Below, piece after piece: positions 41,141-64,000 of a DNA stretch of 64,000 nt. The stretch is taken from positions 2,420,977-2,484,976 of the forward strand of contig MU054338.1 of assembly GCA_013239625.1 (NCBI GenBank), read 5' to 3'. Source of the stretch: Lama guanicoe. Taxonomy: Eukaryota. The notes beneath the pieces were generated by a model. That model did no database searches. It had not been told where the DNA came from and saw only the letters and a program-made list of their open reading frames with translations. Made by a program: the position numbers and the translations under genes. Numbering within the stretch: the stretch's first letter is position 1; each line of letters starts with the position of its first letter.

Positions 41141-43865
41141 AGTACATTTTATTTTTCAGAACTTGGGCAGATGTAAACTTCCCCCCCACCGCCCCCACCC
41201 CAGGATGCTTTCTCCACCCTAAGGAAGAACATGGGTCCTCTTGCTTGCCCACTCAGCAGAGCCCTAATGTGCTTACCTGAAACATCTTCTCAGCTCTGGA
41301 AGCCACACTATCAGGGGAGCAGGGAGATGATGGAGCCAACATTTCCCCAAACAAGCCACAGCCCGGCTGAGCCTTGGAGATTCTCCCGCTATGACTGAGT
41401 GCGACTTATTTGGAACAGGGGAGGCAGCATGTTCTCTCAGCTCTCTTTCTGTGCTCTTGGTGACTTTGCAGATGGGATCTGCCCTTCCATGTTCATCTCC
41501 CCTGGACTGCCTGCCAGGTCTGGCTCCAGCCCTGCCCACACGGCCCGCGTCATCCTTCCCACACTCACCTCCGTCTCCTAGCAACTGGGCTGGCCTGCCA
41601 GCATCCTGCAGCCTGAGGTCCCGCGTTGCTGTCTCGGGCTGCCTCTCTCACGGCAGCGGTCTGACTTCTCAGGAGCCTGGTCCCGCATCTCCCCGCCAGC
41701 CGCCAGTGTGCTCTGGGGTCCTCTGCCCAGTGGGAAGAGGGCTGGAGGGGAAAGGTGAGAAGCGAACACTCTTCAGGCCTGCAGCGAGCTCCATCACCCA
41801 GGCGGTCCTTCCATCTGGACTGAGTACATCACTAACCAACTGATCCTGTGGTTGCGTTGCCTAAACTCAGTGTTTCGGGGTTGCTGGGGGGCAGATTTAA
41901 CTCTCTGTCAACTGGATTGATTTTAAACCACCTGGTGGGGAAGATCATATCTGTCTTCCCAAGGAGGCAGCGATGGGATGGTGAGTGGTGGATCGCAAGG
42001 TTTCCCAGAGCTGCCACTGCCGGGATGTAAGGGAGGTCCATGGCAGTGGGACAGGGGCCTCCCACGAAGGTGCTGTGACTGCCACCCCGAACGCAAACCT
42101 GTTCTCACCTCCCTTCATCTTGTTGCCACTGCCTTAGGCAAAGTCTCTCACCCCAACGGGTACAGTGATCTCCCGAGGTGAGATGGAAAAAAAGGTGTCT
42201 TCTCAACTGACAGGAGGCAAATTCCTCCAACAGAGAGACCCATTTTTGGGGGTCAGAGCACAGCTTCAAGCGTTAACATATTATTGAACTACTATGTACT
42301 TGGTCCGCTCTAGACCTGAGGGTGCCGTGATAAGGTAGATACACTTCCTGCCTACAGACAATTCACAGCCCCAGGGGAAAGGCAGATAGCAAATGATTTT
42401 TATCAATGATCATTTTCATAAAGGTTATGCGACAGGTTGAGGTGGTCAAGGAGGCCTCTCTGAGAAGTGGACACCAGAGCTGAGGCTCAAAGGAGGGGAG
42501 GATCTGCTGGCCACACAGGTCAGGGGAAGAGCTTAGTAGGCAGCATGTGCAAAGGCCCAGGGCAGGAACAAGTTTGGCTGGTTCTCTGAGGAGCAGCAGA
42601 GACTAGAAGGTCTGAAGTGGAGCTACTGAGGCAGAGAGTGGAACTTGGGTTCTTACAGGGGATTTGTCCAGATTTGGGGTTCTATCTAGAGTGCAATCCT
42701 GAGTTTTATCCTGTGCCCCCAGCTGCTGGAGGGTTGAAGCTGCTGAGTGTTGGGAGCTGTGAGTGGAGGGCCACAGGAGTGGGATGGACAGGACTTCCAG
42801 ATGGCTTGGCCTCGAGCACAAAGGAACCCAGGAGGACTCCCCGGTGGTGGTGGTGGTGGTGGTCAGCCTGGGCAGTTGGGCGAATGGCAGAGCTGTTGAC
42901 CGAGATGCAGAGGGAGAGGCGGAGTGTGGATGAAGCTGCTCTGCATGCAGTGGAGAATGTCCCCTGCGTTTGGTCTGTGGCTGCAGCCAGGACCAGCTGA
43001 GGGTCACTCTACCTCCCCGGTGTTGTTGGGGTGCTGCTCCCTCAGGAAGGGGCTGGGAAGCAGAGGAGAGTGGCCTGCCCTCCCAGGGAGGTCGCAGTGG
43101 TCAGGCACCAGCCGGCCACTTCCTGTTTCCAGCAGATACTGTGCCTGCTGGAACCAGCCTAAGCTTCGCCTGCATGGGCAGTGCCAATGCTCCAAGGGCC
43201 CGGCTCTGAGAAGTGGGTCCTGGCCATCTCCCTGCCCTGGTCTGTGCCCATGGGCATGTGCCACTCCCCCTAGAGTGGCCACTAAAACCTCGCCTGCCCC
43301 CTCCCCTCTCTGCCCCAGGGCTTAAAGCTATCAGAAGCTCATCTGTGACCAGCTAGACCCCCTATCTGGAACCCCCTCCACCCCCAGAGGTTTGCAATGA
43401 AGATTTGGGGAAACTGCAGGGAAACTCCTGGTAGGGAGCCTGCAATCAGAGAGCCACACCCCTCAACTCAGCTTGGCTGTCCCCTCTTCCAGGAAGCCTT
43501 CTGAGATCCTGACCCCCTCCAGTGGCTGTTCATCCCCTGGCCCAGGCCAGGGCAGGTTCCTTGAGTGGCTGTGGGGTGTGAGAGCTGAGTGCTTCTCGGG
43601 CTGCGTCCCTGGGAGTGAGGGGTCTGCGGAGCCTGGCTTCCCTGCATCCCAAGGGGACTTCAGTGAGGGGCGGCCTGACAGGCCCACACCTGGGGGCACA
43701 GCCCTGGGCAGTGCCGGCTGCTGGGACTTCCTCCCAGTCTGCACTCACAGCTTCGGGGCCTTGGGGAGAAGTGCTGGTGAGTCAGGGCCCTGCCCGGAGC
43801 CCCGAAAGGTCACCACACCCCGAGGAAGGACTGTGAGGTCCACACCAAGAGAGAAGCGTATTTTG

Positions 43866-43871
43866 TTTATT
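43866..43871 (-). terminator. Candidate ZFR2 poly(A) signal
   Basis: TTTATT on + (AATAAA on -) ~970 nt past the stop, followed on - by a U/GU-rich tract. Confidence 0.55.
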
Positions 43872-44836
43872 CCCCTCCAAACTTCCAGGCAGCTCCACGA
43901 AGACATTACACGTGAAGCCACACACAGGCTGTCCCTTAAACACAGGAACGAACTTGAAGCCATCAGGCAACCAGAGATCCTGGTGGCCCAAAGACGGACT
44001 TTTCTCCTTCAGCACCACTGGGCAGCGGTCCAAGAGAAATCGTCACCAAGAGGGAGGTTTGGACAGATCAGGGTGGGGGCCAGGCAGGGGTGTCCTCCCC
44101 TGGTGTCCCACACCAGGCGTGCCCCCCAGGCCCTGCCCCCCAAGAGCTGAGCCCTAGGCCCACTGGGCTGCACCTCCACAGGGAGAGCGGGAGAAAGATA
44201 AAGGCAAAGCAGCCCTGAGGGAGACACACAGAGCGGCTCCTCCTGGGGCGGAAGGCGGGGTGCACGGGGTGCAGTACCGTGGGGTCTCAGATGTTCCCAG
44301 GGCTCGAGGGAGCAGCCAGCTCGCATCCTCACCGCCCTCTGGCTCTGTGGCCCTCCCCACAGGGGCCGAGGGACGAGCCCAGATTCGGCCCTGCAGACCC
44401 TGGCCAGGGGCCACCTCCAGGCTGGGGCGGGGTGTGTGGAGCCCTCAGGCTTGGGCACTACCCCAGATCCTCCTGACTTGCCTTCTGAGGCCTGGTTTCC
44501 TGATGTGGGGCCCCCGACGGGCCCGCCAAAATGATTTCAAGTCCACACATGGCTAGGGTGTCCACACGAAGCAACGGAGAAACCCCACACCCTCCGCAGG
44601 CCGCAGGGCGTTTAAAGGTAGCAGGGAGTACCAGGGTTAAAAGTTGTGCTGCACCTTCTAGCCAGGGCCAAGGCAGGCCTCGGGGTGCGGGGTGCTGCCC
44701 TGCAGCTCAAATCTCCGGATGAAGAGATTCCGCGAGTGATTTAAGCACAAGCGTTTTAAAAGAAATCTACGGAACATTACTGAAAGGAAAACACAAGTGT
44801 CCCATGTCAGGGGCGTAGCAGCCACTTAGCGGCCCG

Positions 44837-63620
<18,784 letters not shown>

Positions 63621-64000
63621 CTGGAGAGCAAGCACAGCCTCTGCAGAGCCAGCCCTGTGGTCCCGGGCCCAGGCAGCAGAGAGCCAGAGCCACACTCCCT
63701 GGGACCAACAGGACCACCAGCTGCTGGGAGCCTACCCGGCCTGGTACAAGTGGCCGCGAAGCCTGGGTGTCTGAGCCACAGCTGGAGGCCGGAGCCCTGG
63801 GCTCTTCCATCTCTAAAATCCAAGTCCTCAGCAGAACCTGCCTCCTTCCATCCTGGGAAGTTTTCCTTAGAAAAAAACTTCCAGCCTGCCTCAGTCTCCC
63901 CTTCTCTCTCTCACACACAGGCCCGCTGACTAGTGGAAACTTTAGGCCGGTGATCTGACGGGACAGCCCCGAGACCCACACTATTTCTGCAACTCTTGTG

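Overview
GC-rich mammalian genomic DNA, not prokaryotic: no CRISPR, rRNA or tRNA genes. It carries six spliced protein-coding genes in the order I recall for the human 19p13.3 block: the 3' part of TJP3/ZO-3 (+), APBA3/Mint3 (-), MRPL54 (+), RAX2 (-), MATK/CHK (-) and most of ZFR2 (-). I traced exon chains by hand using GT/AG sites and phase continuity. A tRNA-derived SINE resembling camelid Vic-1, plus an intact RAX2, suggests a camelid (inference). I found no convincing new gene system. The best leads are young duplications that copy RNA-processing signals: a 75-bp in-frame tandem repeat triplicating a MATK kinase-hinge exon end and its donor; a ~95%-identical duplicate of a TJP3 acceptor and exon start; a duplicated MRPL54 poly(A) signal; and a ~70-bp segment shared by two MATK introns. 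Also noted: an overlapping bidirectional poly(A) signal between TJP3 and APBA3, an apparently decayed MATK long-isoform exon, a 1-nt frameshift in the ZFR2 C-terminus, an HSE-rich degenerate intronic array and a candidate RAX2 photoreceptor enhancer. Comparisons with human proteins and repeat families are from memory and need database confirmation.
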